Below, one piece after another: positions 24,384 to 34,289 of a stretch of 38,580 nucleotides of DNA. The position numbers and the translations under genes are program-made. Each line of letters starts with the position of its first letter. Position 1 is the stretch's first letter. This DNA comes from a virus (taxonomy: Duplodnaviria > Caudoviricetes). The notes beneath the pieces were generated by a model. The model did no database searches. It was given only the letters and a program-made list of their open reading frames with translations, and had not been told where the DNA came from. The stretch covers positions 1-38,580 of the IMG/VR virus record IMGVR_UViG_3300036987_000521. The stretch is one strand, 5' to 3'.

Positions 24384-24770
24384 ATGTTGACGGCCGACGA
24401 CCTGGCGGGGATGCAGGCGACGCAAACCGCCGCGATGCTGGATCGCTGCGAGATCTGGACGTTTGCGGCGGGTGCGGTGGACGCGTACGGGCGGCCGGCG
24501 CCGGGGTGGGTGCGGCACGGCGAAAGCGTCTGTGGGTTCGATCCGCGGCCGGGCGGGCGCGAGGCGTTGGGCGGCGCGCAGGCGCCGTTGTATGATGCGC
24601 GGCTGCGGTTGCCGCTCGACACGGTGATTGATCGGCTGGCGCGGGTGCGGGTGACGCAGCGGTTCGGGGTGGCGCAGGGGGCGCCGCGCACGTATGAGCT
24701 GACGGGCGAACCGGCGGCGGGGCCGAGCGGGCTGGTATGCCGGTTGCAGTTGGTGACGACTGATGGCTGA
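24384..24770 (+). CDS. Head closure protein
   Basis: MLDRCEI...DAYG...RLPLDT..; position. Confidence 0.7.
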   Translation: MLTADDLAGMQATQTAAMLDRCEIWTFAAGAVDAYGRPAPGWVRHGESVCGFDPRPGGREALGGAQAPLYDARLRLPLDTVIDRLARVRVTQRFGVAQGAPRTYELTGEPAAGPSGLVCRLQLVTTDG

Positions 24771-25203
24771 TGGCGTAGTGCGGTTTTACCCGGCGCGGGC
24801 GATTGGCCGGGTGCGCGTGGCGACGCAGGTCGGGTTGACGAAGCTCGCCTTCGACATCGAGGCGGGTACGAAGCAGAACATCGTGGGCAATGACCAGGTG
24901 GACACGGGGTTCATGTTGAACTCGGTGTACACGGTGACGCCGGCCAGCTCGGGGTATGCCGCGGCGCAGGCGGCGGCGCAGGCGTGCACACGGGGGCGGG
25001 ACGGTCGGGCGGTGGATCACATTGACGATATGGCGATGGAAGTTGTCCGGCCGCTCGATTTGCGCACGGGGGTGGCCGTGGGCGCCAATTATGCGATTTA
25101 CCAGGAACTCCGCAAGTCGTTTTTTTATGCGGCGGCTGAGGCGGTGCTCCAGCGGGCCGGGGGCACGTTGGAACGGGTGTACAGCGAGCAGTTCCATGAC
25201 TGA
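24763..25203 (+). CDS. HK97 gp10-like neck protein
   Basis: VDTGFMLNS...VGANYAIYQE. Confidence 0.75.
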   Translation: MADGVVRFYPARAIGRVRVATQVGLTKLAFDIEAGTKQNIVGNDQVDTGFMLNSVYTVTPASSGYAAAQAAAQACTRGRDGRAVDHIDDMAMEVVRPLDLRTGVAVGANYAIYQELRKSFFYAAAEAVLQRAGGTLERVYSEQFHD

Positions 25204-25582
25204 CGCCGATGCGGTGCTGTGGCAATATCTGCGCTGGCAAGGTGCGTTGCGGGCGGTGGTCGGTGAGCGGGTCTATGTGGCGACGGAGTTGCCGGCCGGC
25301 ACGACGCAGGCGCAGTTGCCGCTGGTGTTGGCGACGGCGCGGGGCGGCGGGCAGAATTACAGCTCGACGCTGCTGCGGAGCGCGTATCAGGTGCAGGCGT
25401 TTGGTCGCAATGAAGGTGAGGCGCGGCTGGTGGGCCGACTGGTGTACGATGTGTTGAACGATGCGCACGCGGGGCAGATCCGGTGGGCGCGGTTGGAGCA
25501 GGGGCCGACTCTGTTGCGCGAGCCGCAGACACGCTGGCCGTTTGCGTTGGCGTTCTATCAGTTGGCGGTTGCGAATGGGTGA
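25196..25582 (+). CDS. Tail terminator/completion protein
   Basis: LRAVVGERVY...LP...QVQAFG; position. Confidence 0.7.
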   Translation: MTDADAVLWQYLRWQGALRAVVGERVYVATELPAGTTQAQLPLVLATARGGGQNYSSTLLRSAYQVQAFGRNEGEARLVGRLVYDVLNDAHAGQIRWARLEQGPTLLREPQTRWPFALAFYQLAVANG

Positions 25583-25697
25583 AGGTCAGGGGTCAGGAGT
25601 CAGGGGGCAGGAGTCAGGGGGCAGGAGTCAGGGGGCAGGAGTCAGGGGGCAGGCCCTTCGACAGGCTCAGGGTGCGTCAGGGGACAGGAGGTAGACG

Positions 25698-26063
25698 ATG
25701 GCGTATGCAAGCGCGGTGGCGTTGACCGTGCAGGAGATTGGGCGCAGCGGCCGGGCGATCGTGAAGCCGCTGGTGGCGCCGACGGCGACGCATGGCAACA
25801 AGGTGTTGAACGACGGCAAGGTGTTCCTGGTGGTGAAGAACGGCAGCGCCAGCCCGATCACGGTGACGGTGGAGACGCCGGGCAGCGTGGATGGACAGGC
25901 GTTGGCGGATTTGACGGTGACGGTGGCGGCGACGGCGGATGCGGACGGGCTGGACTTTCAAGCGATCGGGCCGTTTACGACCACGTTCAACCAGGCGGAC
26001 GGCTATGTGTGGGCGGTGTGCTCGACTGTGACCGATGTGTTGATCGGCGCGTTCCGGGCGTAG
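25698..26063 (+). CDS. Virion structural protein, hypothetical
   Basis: AGGAGG RBS; beta-rich NDGKVFLVVKNG..ITVTVETP. Confidence 0.65.
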   Translation: MAYASAVALTVQEIGRSGRAIVKPLVAPTATHGNKVLNDGKVFLVVKNGSASPITVTVETPGSVDGQALADLTVTVAATADADGLDFQAIGPFTTTFNQADGYVWAVCSTVTDVLIGAFRA

Positions 26064-26075
26064 GAGGAGGGGACA

Positions 26076-26672
26076 GTGGCAAACGTGATCACGGATATTA
26101 TGATTTCGCCGGTGCGCATCCTGTATGCCGCGGTGGGGGCGACGTTGCCGGCGGATACGGTGGCGGCGGGCGGCGCGTGGCCGGCGGGCTGGACGGAACT
26201 GGGCTGGCAGGAGGAGCCGTTCAAGCTGACCTATGAGTTCGATGTCAAGGATCTCGGTATTCAGCAGAGCCTGGCGCCGGTGGCGCGGCAGCGGATCAAC
26301 GAGAAGTTGACCGGCGAGGGCAAGCTGGCCGAGTTCGACATGGCGCAACTGGCGCTGGCCTGGGGCGGGACGTTGAGCCAGACGGCGGCCGGGACGGGGC
26401 AGCCGGCGAAGGACGAGGTGGCGTTTGGCGATACGCCGGCGTTGACGGCGCGCGCGTGGGGCTTCGAGGGGAACTACGTGTCGGCGGCCGGTAATGTGCA
26501 TCCGATCCGGGTCTTCGTGTGGCGGGCGACGGCGACGGCCGGCGGCGAGGCGATATTCGGTAAGGAGGATGCGCTGGGCGTGACGCTAAAGATCGCGGCG
26601 CTGGCCGATATGTCGAAGAGCGCCGGGCAGCGGTTGTTCAAGTACCAGAAGATTACGGGGCCGGCGACGTAG
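26076..26672 (+). CDS. Major tail tube protein
   Basis: GWTELG...KLTYE...LAEFDMAQLALAWGG; position before chaperone and TMP. Confidence 0.8.
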   Translation: MANVITDIMISPVRILYAAVGATLPADTVAAGGAWPAGWTELGWQEEPFKLTYEFDVKDLGIQQSLAPVARQRINEKLTGEGKLAEFDMAQLALAWGGTLSQTAAGTGQPAKDEVAFGDTPALTARAWGFEGNYVSAAGNVHPIRVFVWRATATAGGEAIFGKEDALGVTLKIAALADMSKSAGQRLFKYQKITGPAT

Positions 26673-26780
26673 GGGTCAGGGGTCAGGAGTCAGGGGTCAG
26701 GGGTCAGGGGTCAGGAGTCAGGAGTCAGGAGTCAGGGGTCAGGGGTCAGGAGTCAGGAGTCAGGAGTCAGGAGGTCAGGC

Positions 26781-27179
26781 GTGGCGGTAGATGTGGTGTT
26801 GGGCGGGCGGACGTTCAAAATTGAGCCGTTGCCGTTGGGGGCGAGTCGGGCGTGGCGGGCGCGGTTTCAGGAACCGTTCAGCCAGTTAACGGCGGCGTTA
26901 CAGGCGGCGCCGAACGTGGCGTTGAGCGATCTGGCCGGGGTGGCCGGGCTGTTGCAGGTGGCGAAGGATGTGTTGATCGGCTCGATGGAGCTGGCGCACG
27001 AGATGTTGTTCGCCTATGCGCCGAATCTGGCGGCCGAGCGGGGTTGGATCGAGGCGCACGCGTATGATGACGAGGCGTTGCGGGCGCTGGTCGAGGTGTT
27101 GAAGCTGGCGTACCCTTTCGGCTGTCTGCTGCAGGCGCTGACGCCTGGCCCGCCGGTCCCCAAGATCGCGAAGAAGTAG
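26781..27179 (+). CDS. Tail assembly chaperone (gpG-like); -1 frameshift form extends to 27376
   Basis: Slippery C CCT TTC at 27113-27119; open -1 frame to TAG at 27374-27376. Confidence 0.75.
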   Translation: MAVDVVLGGRTFKIEPLPLGASRAWRARFQEPFSQLTAALQAAPNVALSDLAGVAGLLQVAKDVLIGSMELAHEMLFAYAPNLAAERGWIEAHAYDDEALRALVEVLKLAYPFGCLLQALTPGPPVPKIAKK

Positions 27180-27387
27180 TTCTGGCGACGTATGGCCCGG
27201 CGGCGCTGGCGTGGGATGTGACTGATCAGGAGCTCCTGCTGCGGGCGTATCTGCGGCGGCAGGAGGCGCTGGCGCAGTTGCAGGCGCGGGTGCTGTTGGC
27301 GGCGCTGGCGCAGGCGTTGCAGGGGGCGGATGGACGCATCCACATGTCGGCGGATCTGTTGTTGGGATTGACATAGGAAGTAGCCGG

Positions 27388-29784
27388 ATGGCGATCACAG
27401 TCGGGGATGCGGTTGTTTGGCTGCGGGCCAATGAGAGCAAGCTGGGCGGCGATCTGGCCGGGGGCGAGCGGCTGGCGACGGCCTGGGTGGGCCGGGTGGC
27501 CAGGATCGTCAAGGCGGGGCTGACCGGGGCGCTGGTGGCCGGGGGCGCGGCGATTGTGGGCGGCGTGGCGGCCATCGGCGGGATCGTGGTCAAGTCGATC
27601 GGCGAGGCGCGGGCGGCTGAGCGCACGACGGCGCAGTTGAATACGGTGATCGCCTCGACGGGCGGGGTGGCCGGCGTGACGGCGGCGGCGGTGCAGGATC
27701 TGGCGACGGCCCTGCAGCGCACGACGACCTATGAGGATGATGCGACCACGGCGGCGGCAGCGCTGTTACTGACCTTCACGAACATCGGTAAGGATGTGTT
27801 TCCCCAAGCCCTGGGCATGACGCTCGATATGAGCACGGCCCTGGGGCAAGACCTCAAATCCTCGGCGGTCCAGCTCGGCAAGGCGCTGCAAGACCCTATC
27901 GAAGGGGTGACGGCGCTGCGGCGGGTGGGCGTCAACTTCACCGAAGCGCAACAAGCGACGATCAAGAGCCTGGTCGAGTCGAATCGGCTGCTGGATGCGC
28001 AAAAGCTGATCCTGGCGGAGTTGAACACGGAGTTCGGCGGCAGCGCGGCGGCGCTCGGGCAGACGTTCGACGGGCAACTGGCGATCTTGGGCAATCGGTT
28101 GGGCAGCCTGGGCAAGACGCTGGGCGGGCTGCTGTTGGAACCGTTACAGGCCCTGACACGGGATTTCTTGTCGCCGTTGCTGGACGGCATCGAGGTGTTC
28201 GCCGGGGCGTTCTTAGACGCGTTTGCGCAGGTGGGGCGGGCCTTCGCGCAGGCCAATCTCCGGGGGCTGGTGGCCGACCTGCTGCGCACGCTGAACGACG
28301 GGCAGCCGGTGTGGCTCAACTGGGCGACGTTGGGCCGGGAGGTGGCCTACCAGGTCGGCATGATCGGCGTGAGTTTCGTCGAGGTCGGCTTCAAGCTGCG
28401 CGATCTGGTGGCGTTCGCGGGATCGGCGTTAGCCGCCCTGAAGAATTGGTTCGTGGATACCTTTGGCGGGTTGGCGACGTATCTGAGCAATCTGTTCCAC
28501 AGCGTAGATCTGGGGCTGCAGGCGTTCAACAAGACGCGCACGGGCGATATTCTGGGGGCGCTTGCGACCTGGCGCGAGGCGGATGCGGCCATGGCGCGGG
28601 CGACGGGCGGGCTGAACACGGCGCTCTATGGCGGGGCCATGGATTTGACCGACATCAACCGGGCCTGGGAGACCTTCAATGCGAACCTGGCAACGACTGA
28701 CGACCGGCTGACGGGCGTCAAGGAGGATCTGGCGACGATCCGGGCGGGCGGCGCGCCGACGTTGCAGGCGTGGGAACTGGACGAGGGGCGCATCGTGCAG
28801 GGCGCGACGCGGGTTGTGGCCCAGGTCAAGCCGGTGGTGGCGACGGTGGGACAGGCGCTCGGCCAGGGGCTGGAGCATGCGCTGCATAAGGCGGGCCGCC
28901 TGGTGGGGGATTTCGTGGGCAAGGCGCGCACGGCGTTGGGCAATTTGCTGCCGGATCTGCCGGGGCTGGGCGATCTCATGGCGCCGGGCGCGAACGGGCC
29001 GTTCGAGAATTTGTTCCGGGCGGCCGATGTGGCGAAGCTGGGCGCGGCCTCGCCGTGGGCGGCGAAGCTGGGGCTGGATCAGGCGACGGCGCAACGGATC
29101 GTTAGTGATTTCAAGGCCGAGCTGATTACCGAGGAAGTCCAGGCGTTGATTGACATGCCGGGGCTGGTGGATCAGGTTAAGCTGGCGCAACTGGCCGAGC
29201 AGACGACGCAGGCGTTCATTACGAAGGTGGCGGCGCAGGCCGGGGTGGGCACGGGCACGGTGGGGGCCTTGCTGGGGGTGCAGCAGACGGCGGCCGGCGG
29301 CACGAGCGTGCCGGGCGCGGCCGGGGCGGTGGGGACGCTGCTGGGGGCGGTGGGCCGCGGGTTCGCCGAGAAGAAGGCGGATGTGGTCGCCATCGGCAAG
29401 GCATTCATCGATTATATCATCGAGGGCTTCGACGCGCAGCGGGAGGCGCTGTTGGCCGCCTGGCAGGCGTTGGTGGATGCGATGAAGACGATCGCCAGCG
29501 GGTTGCCGACGATCCCCGCGCCGCCGACGGCCAGCGCCGGCGGCGTGACGGCGCCGCAGTATGCGGCCGGCACGAGCTTTGCGCCGGGCGGCTGGGCCTG
29601 GGTGGGCGAGCAGGGGCCGGAGCTGGTCCGCTTGCCCAGAGGCAGCCAGGTGACGCCGGCGCTGGCCGTCGGCGGCGCGACGTTCAATATCACGGTGCAT
29701 GCGCCGGGCGGGCAGCCGGCGGCGGTGGCGCGGGCGGCGGAGTTGGGGGTGCGGCAGGCGTTGCAAGGGGTGGGGGCGCTGTGA
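27388..29784 (+). CDS. Tape measure protein
   Basis: Ala-rich helical; DMSTALGQDLKSSAVQLGKALQDPIEGVTALRRVGVNF; C-terminal WVGEQGPELV. Confidence 0.9.
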   Translation: MAITVGDAVVWLRANESKLGGDLAGGERLATAWVGRVARIVKAGLTGALVAGGAAIVGGVAAIGGIVVKSIGEARAAERTTAQLNTVIASTGGVAGVTAAAVQDLATALQRTTTYEDDATTAAAALLLTFTNIGKDVFPQALGMTLDMSTALGQDLKSSAVQLGKALQDPIEGVTALRRVGVNFTEAQQATIKSLVESNRLLDAQKLILAELNTEFGGSAAALGQTFDGQLAILGNRLGSLGKTLGGLLLEPLQALTRDFLSPLLDGIEVFAGAFLDAFAQVGRAFAQANLRGLVADLLRTLNDGQPVWLNWATLGREVAYQVGMIGVSFVEVGFKLRDLVAFAGSALAALKNWFVDTFGGLATYLSNLFHSVDLGLQAFNKTRTGDILGALATWREADAAMARATGGLNTALYGGAMDLTDINRAWETFNANLATTDDRLTGVKEDLATIRAGGAPTLQAWELDEGRIVQGATRVVAQVKPVVATVGQALGQGLEHALHKAGRLVGDFVGKARTALGNLLPDLPGLGDLMAPGANGPFENLFRAADVAKLGAASPWAAKLGLDQATAQRIVSDFKAELITEEVQALIDMPGLVDQVKLAQLAEQTTQAFITKVAAQAGVGTGTVGALLGVQQTAAGGTSVPGAAGAVGTLLGAVGRGFAEKKADVVAIGKAFIDYIIEGFDAQREALLAAWQALVDAMKTIASGLPTIPAPPTASAGGVTAPQYAAGTSFAPGGWAWVGEQGPELVRLPRGSQVTPALAVGGATFNITVHAPGGQPAAVARAAELGVRQALQGVGAL

Positions 29785-29830
29785 GAATGCGGAATGGTGA
29801 ATGCGGCGTGCGGAATGACCAGGTGCGGCC

Positions 29831-30661
29831 ATGACGTGGCGGTGGACGGCGTTCGCCGAGGTGGCGCTGCCGGAGTATGGGGCGGTGTCGCCGGTGGGGA
29901 CGGGCGAGAGCGTGGACGGGCTGGTCGAGCTGCTCGGCGGGGGCGTGTACGACGCGCAGGGTGAAGATCAGGCGCCGCCGCGGTTCCCGGTGGATGAGGA
30001 GCTGCGGCTGACGGTCTATGCCGAGACGTTGCCGGCGTTACGCGGGTTGCTGCGCGGGCTGACGGGGTTGCGCGGCAAGCGCGGCGCGCTGGAACGGTGG
30101 AGCGACGATGGCGAGCGCCAACGCGCAACGGCCCGGCTGCGCCGCGTGCCCGGCGAACGGGAGTTGCAGCAGTTGTGCCATCAGCCGCTCAAGTTGCCGT
30201 TTCGCCGGTTGACGCTGTGGCGCGGTGCGCTGACGGACGGCGGGGCGGACGGCGCCAGTCCAGATGGCCGGGCGGATCTCTGCACGACGGGCGGCGATCA
30301 GGATAATGCGGTGTACAGCGCCGCTGTGTTGACGTTCTATGTGGGCGGCAACGCGGCGGTGACGGATGCGATCATTACGGTGACGCCTACCGGCGACATC
30401 GCTGATTTGACGTTGACGAATGCGGCGACGGGGCATGAACTGGCGTTCGGCGCGGAGATTGCGGACGGCACGACGCTGGCGCTGGATGCGACCGTGCCGA
30501 GCGTGCTGAACGCGGGTGCGGACGCCTGGGCTGATTTGACGCTGCCAGACGGCGATGCGGCGTGGCTGCGGCTGGCGCCGGGGGCGAATCCGGTGACGGT
30601 GGCGTATACGGGGGATGGGCCGGTGGCGGTGACGGTGCGGTTCTACGACCTGTGGGAATAG
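29831..30661 (+). CDS. Distal tail (Dit-like) protein
   Basis: Follows TMP; C-terminal WLRLAPGANPVTV. Confidence 0.7.
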   Translation: MTWRWTAFAEVALPEYGAVSPVGTGESVDGLVELLGGGVYDAQGEDQAPPRFPVDEELRLTVYAETLPALRGLLRGLTGLRGKRGALERWSDDGERQRATARLRRVPGERELQQLCHQPLKLPFRRLTLWRGALTDGGADGASPDGRADLCTTGGDQDNAVYSAAVLTFYVGGNAAVTDAIITVTPTGDIADLTLTNAATGHELAFGAEIADGTTLALDATVPSVLNAGADAWADLTLPDGDAAWLRLAPGANPVTVAYTGDGPVAVTVRFYDLWE

Positions 30662-30697
30662 GCCGCGCCGGGGTGACACGGTGACACGGAGGGGGCA

Positions 30698-31318
30698 GTG
30701 GCGAATTTGAGCTATGGCGAGGAGCTGCCGCAGGATGATGCGGCTCGGAAGTTGGTGGGCGCACTAACGGATTACGGCAGCAGTGTGAATGCGTTTGTGG
30801 CGTTGCGCGGGGTAAATCTGCAAATCCAAAACGCGGAGCCGGTGGCGGATCTGGCGGTGGCGCAGGACACGCATGACGCGCTGAATGCGAATGCGAATTT
30901 GCAGGTTGGCGATGCGGATGTCGCGGCAGATCATCCTGTGCCTGTCGAGATTGTCGCCGTGTCGGGAAGTGGTGCGGGACAGGAGCCAATGGCGAATAGT
31001 CTGCCGGTGGTGCTGGCGAGTAATCAGAGCGCGGTGCGGGTTACGGCGGCGCCTGATCTGGGGCAGATTTGGTTTTTTGCGGCGGCGGTGACAAATGTTG
31101 CGGTGGCTATCGCGGCGCTGGTGGGCGCGGTGAAACTGTTGATCTACAATAACAGTGGCGCGACGATCTATATTGGCGATGTGGCCTCGGTGACGACGGC
31201 TAACGGCTATCCGATCCCGGCCGGCGGTTCGCTGGCGCTGGATACGTCGGGGGTGGCGTGGGGGGCGATTGCGGCGTCGGCGGGGCCGCATGATGTGCGC
31301 GTGTTGGAACTGGCATGA
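30698..31318 (+). CDS. Tail-associated structural protein
   Basis: NSLPVVLASNQS; IYNNSGATIYIG...NGYPIPAG beta domain. Confidence 0.65.
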   Translation: MANLSYGEELPQDDAARKLVGALTDYGSSVNAFVALRGVNLQIQNAEPVADLAVAQDTHDALNANANLQVGDADVAADHPVPVEIVAVSGSGAGQEPMANSLPVVLASNQSAVRVTAAPDLGQIWFFAAAVTNVAVAIAALVGAVKLLIYNNSGATIYIGDVASVTTANGYPIPAGGSLALDTSGVAWGAIAASAGPHDVRVLELA

Positions 31319-31469
31319 TCTGGCCGGCCGGCTGCCGGGCCGGTATCTCTGGGCGGTGCAAATGGACGCGGCGAGCGGCTCCGCAAAGGTGTTGAGTTTT
31401 AATCGGGGTATCTTGGGCGCGTAAGACGGTTTCTGACGCGCACGGACAAATACGGACGGGACATAGACG

Positions 31470-32846
31470 ATGGGAACACTCGCACTACGCATGATCCGCG
31501 GCGATACGGCCGTCTTTCCGTTTCCGTACACAGGCGCGGCGCCGGTGGCGCTGCGTTTTTATGTGCGGAAGCAGGTGGACGGGCAGGTGTTGGTGGCGTT
31601 GACGCTGGCGGCGCAGCCGTCACGGTTCACGGTGGCGGAGGATGCGATCGCCGTGGCGCTGCTGCCGGCGGATACTGAGGGGCAGCCGGCGTGCGGGTAT
31701 CAGGCGTGGGTGTATGATCTGGAGGTGACCGACACCGATGGCGTGGTGACGACGGTCTGGGGCGGACCGTTCGAGCTGGTGGGGGATGTGGCGGCCGGGG
31801 ATGTGGTCGATCCGGCGGTGATCGCGCCGTTGTTGGGGGTGACGGTGGCCGAGCGGGCCGGCCTGGATGCGGCCGCGGCGCCGGGGACGCTCAATCCGCT
31901 GATTACGGCGAGCGCGCTGGCGGCCGAGTTGGCGGACTATGCGCCGGATGACCACACGCACGGGGGCGGGGATGTGACCTCGGCGGTGGCGAGTGCGACG
32001 GACGCCGACACGGTAGACGGGGAGCACGCGAGCGCCTTCGCCGACGCCAGCCACACGCACGGGGGCGGCGATGTGACCTCGGCGGTGGCGAGTGCGACGG
32101 ACGCCGACACGGTAGACGGGGCGCACGCCAGTGCCTTCGCCGACGCCAGCCACACGCATGGGGGCGGGGATGTGACCTCGGCGGTGGCGAATGCGACGGA
32201 CGCCGACACGGTAGACGGGGCGCACGCCAGTGCGTTTGCGGATGCCAGCCATACGCACGGGGGCGGGGATGTGACCTCGGCGGTGGCGAGTGCGACGGAT
32301 GCCGATACGGTAGACGGGGCGCACGCCAGTGCGTTTGCGGATGCCAGCCACAGCCATGCCGGGGCGGGGAGCGCAGACCGGGAGTTCTGCTTCGTTGCGG
32401 AGTTCGCCGGGGCGGTGTTGGCGGCCGATGGCGGCGATAATGTCGGGACGCTGACGGCGGCGCATGATGCGACGGATCATCGCAATTATTACGACTGGAC
32501 GACGGCCGAGGCGAGCACGCAGGATTATGATCTGGTGCTGCAGTGGCGGTTGCCGCCGGAGTTCAGCGGTTGGCGGGCCGGGGACGCGAACGTGTATGTG
32601 ACGAGCCGGGTGAGCGCGACGCCGGGCGCGACGGGGGTGCGGGTGGTGGAGTTCCTGGATGCGGGCGGGACGAATCGGATTACGGCGGCGACGAAGCAGA
32701 ATGCCGCCTGGACGGCCGATGCGTTCGCGATTAGCGGCGGGACGTGGGCGGCGGGGGACCTGGTGACGCTGCGGGTGCGGCTGCTGGCGGATGCGGGGAA
32801 GGCGGCGCAGTTGCACGGGGTGCGGTTGCCGTGGACGGCGGTGTGA
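31470..32846 (+). CDS. Baseplate-upper/tail fibre protein with four 33-aa repeats
   Basis: IRGDT...YDLEV...G.F N-terminal domain; 99-bp repeats HTHGGGDVTSAVASATDADTVDGAHASAFADAS at 31953-32350. Confidence 0.75.
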   Translation: MGTLALRMIRGDTAVFPFPYTGAAPVALRFYVRKQVDGQVLVALTLAAQPSRFTVAEDAIAVALLPADTEGQPACGYQAWVYDLEVTDTDGVVTTVWGGPFELVGDVAAGDVVDPAVIAPLLGVTVAERAGLDAAAAPGTLNPLITASALAAELADYAPDDHTHGGGDVTSAVASATDADTVDGEHASAFADASHTHGGGDVTSAVASATDADTVDGAHASAFADASHTHGGGDVTSAVANATDADTVDGAHASAFADASHTHGGGDVTSAVASATDADTVDGAHASAFADASHSHAGAGSADREFCFVAEFAGAVLAADGGDNVGTLTAAHDATDHRNYYDWTTAEASTQDYDLVLQWRLPPEFSGWRAGDANVYVTSRVSATPGATGVRVVEFLDAGGTNRITAATKQNAAWTADAFAISGGTWAAGDLVTLRVRLLADAGKAAQLHGVRLPWTAV

Positions 32847-32889
32847 TGGAAATGCAGAATGCTGAATGCCTGGGCGGGGAGGTGCGGCG

Positions 32890-33915
32890 ATGACGTTGCG
32901 GTTTGTGGATTCGTTCGATCATTATGCGACGGCCGATCTGACTAAAAAGTGGACGTCGACGCTCGGCACGGTCGAGATTTCGGCTGGCAATGGTCGCGAC
33001 GGCACGGCGTGTCTGCGGGGCAGCGCCGCTCCCAATGCGACCCGGACGTTCTATGTGCAGAGGACGTTGGCTGCGCAGGCGACATGGATCGTGGGGGTGG
33101 CCTTCAAGCCGAGCAATGATGGCATCGAGCACGGGATCTTCACCCTGCTCGATGGCGTAACACTGCATTGCGATCTGCGGCGCAATGGGGACGGCACGTT
33201 GAAGGTGACACGGAATGGTACGACGCTGGGCACGTCGGTGGCGACGATTTCGGCGGGTAGTTGGTACTACGTCGAGCTGAAGGCGACCATCAGCGATGCG
33301 GCCGGCGTCGCGGTCGTGCGTCTCAACGGCGCCGAGATATTGAATTTGAGCGGCGTGGACACGCGGAATGGCGGTAACGCCTCGGCCAATGTGATTCGGT
33401 TGGGGACGACGAGCGCGTGGGCGTCATTGGCGGTGCAGGCGGATTTTGATGATCTGTACATCTGCGACGCCCAGGGCGCCGCGAATAGCGACTTTCTCGG
33501 TGATGTGCGGGTGGAGGCGCTGCTGCCGAGTGGGGCGGGGAACAGCGCGCAGTGGACGCCGAGCGCGGGGGCGAATTACGCGTGCGTGGATGATACGGCG
33601 CCGGACGGGGATACGACGTATGTCGCCAGTTCGACGGCGGGGCACAAAGACACGTATGCGCTGGGCGATCTGGTTTCGACGGCGGGGACGATCTTCGGGG
33701 TGCAGACGAACCTGGTGGGGCGCAAGGATGATGCGGGCAGCCGAACGGTGCGGCCGGTACTGCGGCTGAGCGGCACGGAGGCGACCGGCGCGACGACCGG
33801 GCTGAGCGATTCGTATCTGGATATTCTGGATATCTTCGAGACGGCGCCAGGCGGCGGGGCGTGGGACATGGCCGGGGTGAATGGGGCGGAGGCGGGGGTG
33901 GAGTTGGTGGCGTGA
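32890..33915 (+). CDS. Lectin/LamG-like tail-associated protein
   Basis: GGAGG RBS; WYYVELK...VVRLNG...DFDDLYI beta-sandwich pattern. Confidence 0.65.
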   Translation: MTLRFVDSFDHYATADLTKKWTSTLGTVEISAGNGRDGTACLRGSAAPNATRTFYVQRTLAAQATWIVGVAFKPSNDGIEHGIFTLLDGVTLHCDLRRNGDGTLKVTRNGTTLGTSVATISAGSWYYVELKATISDAAGVAVVRLNGAEILNLSGVDTRNGGNASANVIRLGTTSAWASLAVQADFDDLYICDAQGAANSDFLGDVRVEALLPSGAGNSAQWTPSAGANYACVDDTAPDGDTTYVASSTAGHKDTYALGDLVSTAGTIFGVQTNLVGRKDDAGSRTVRPVLRLSGTEATGATTGLSDSYLDILDIFETAPGGGAWDMAGVNGAEAGVELVA

Positions 33916-34041
33916 CGGGGCGATCCTTCGACTACGCCGGGCACACGCCGCCCGGCTCCGCTCAGGATGACAGGTGCGCACCGGCAAACGGCCGCCGGTG
34001 CGCCGCTCAGGATGACAGGGGCAGGTTGAGAGGAGGCGACG

Positions 34042-34287
34042 GTGGCCGGGCGGGTGAGTCAGGTGGTGGTCGAGGCGGCGCTGGCGCCGAGCACGGTGGC
34101 CGGGCGGGTGAGTCAGGTGGTGGTCGAAGTGGTGCATCCGTTGATGCGGCAGGCGGTGATCAGCCAGGTCGTCGTTGAGGTGCTGCGGGAGTATGTGCCG
34201 GCGGTGAGCGGGCCGACGTTGGCGCAGCGGTTGCGGCATGGGATGGGGCTGGTGAACGGGGTGGTGTATGGGGCCGGTAGTGTGTAG
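34042..34287 (+). CDS. Small protein with three SQVVVE repeats
   Basis: AGGAGG RBS; internal repeats. Confidence 0.55.
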   Translation: MAGRVSQVVVEAALAPSTVAGRVSQVVVEVVHPLMRQAVISQVVVEVLREYVPAVSGPTLAQRLRHGMGLVNGVVYGAGSV

Positions 34288-34289
34288 CG

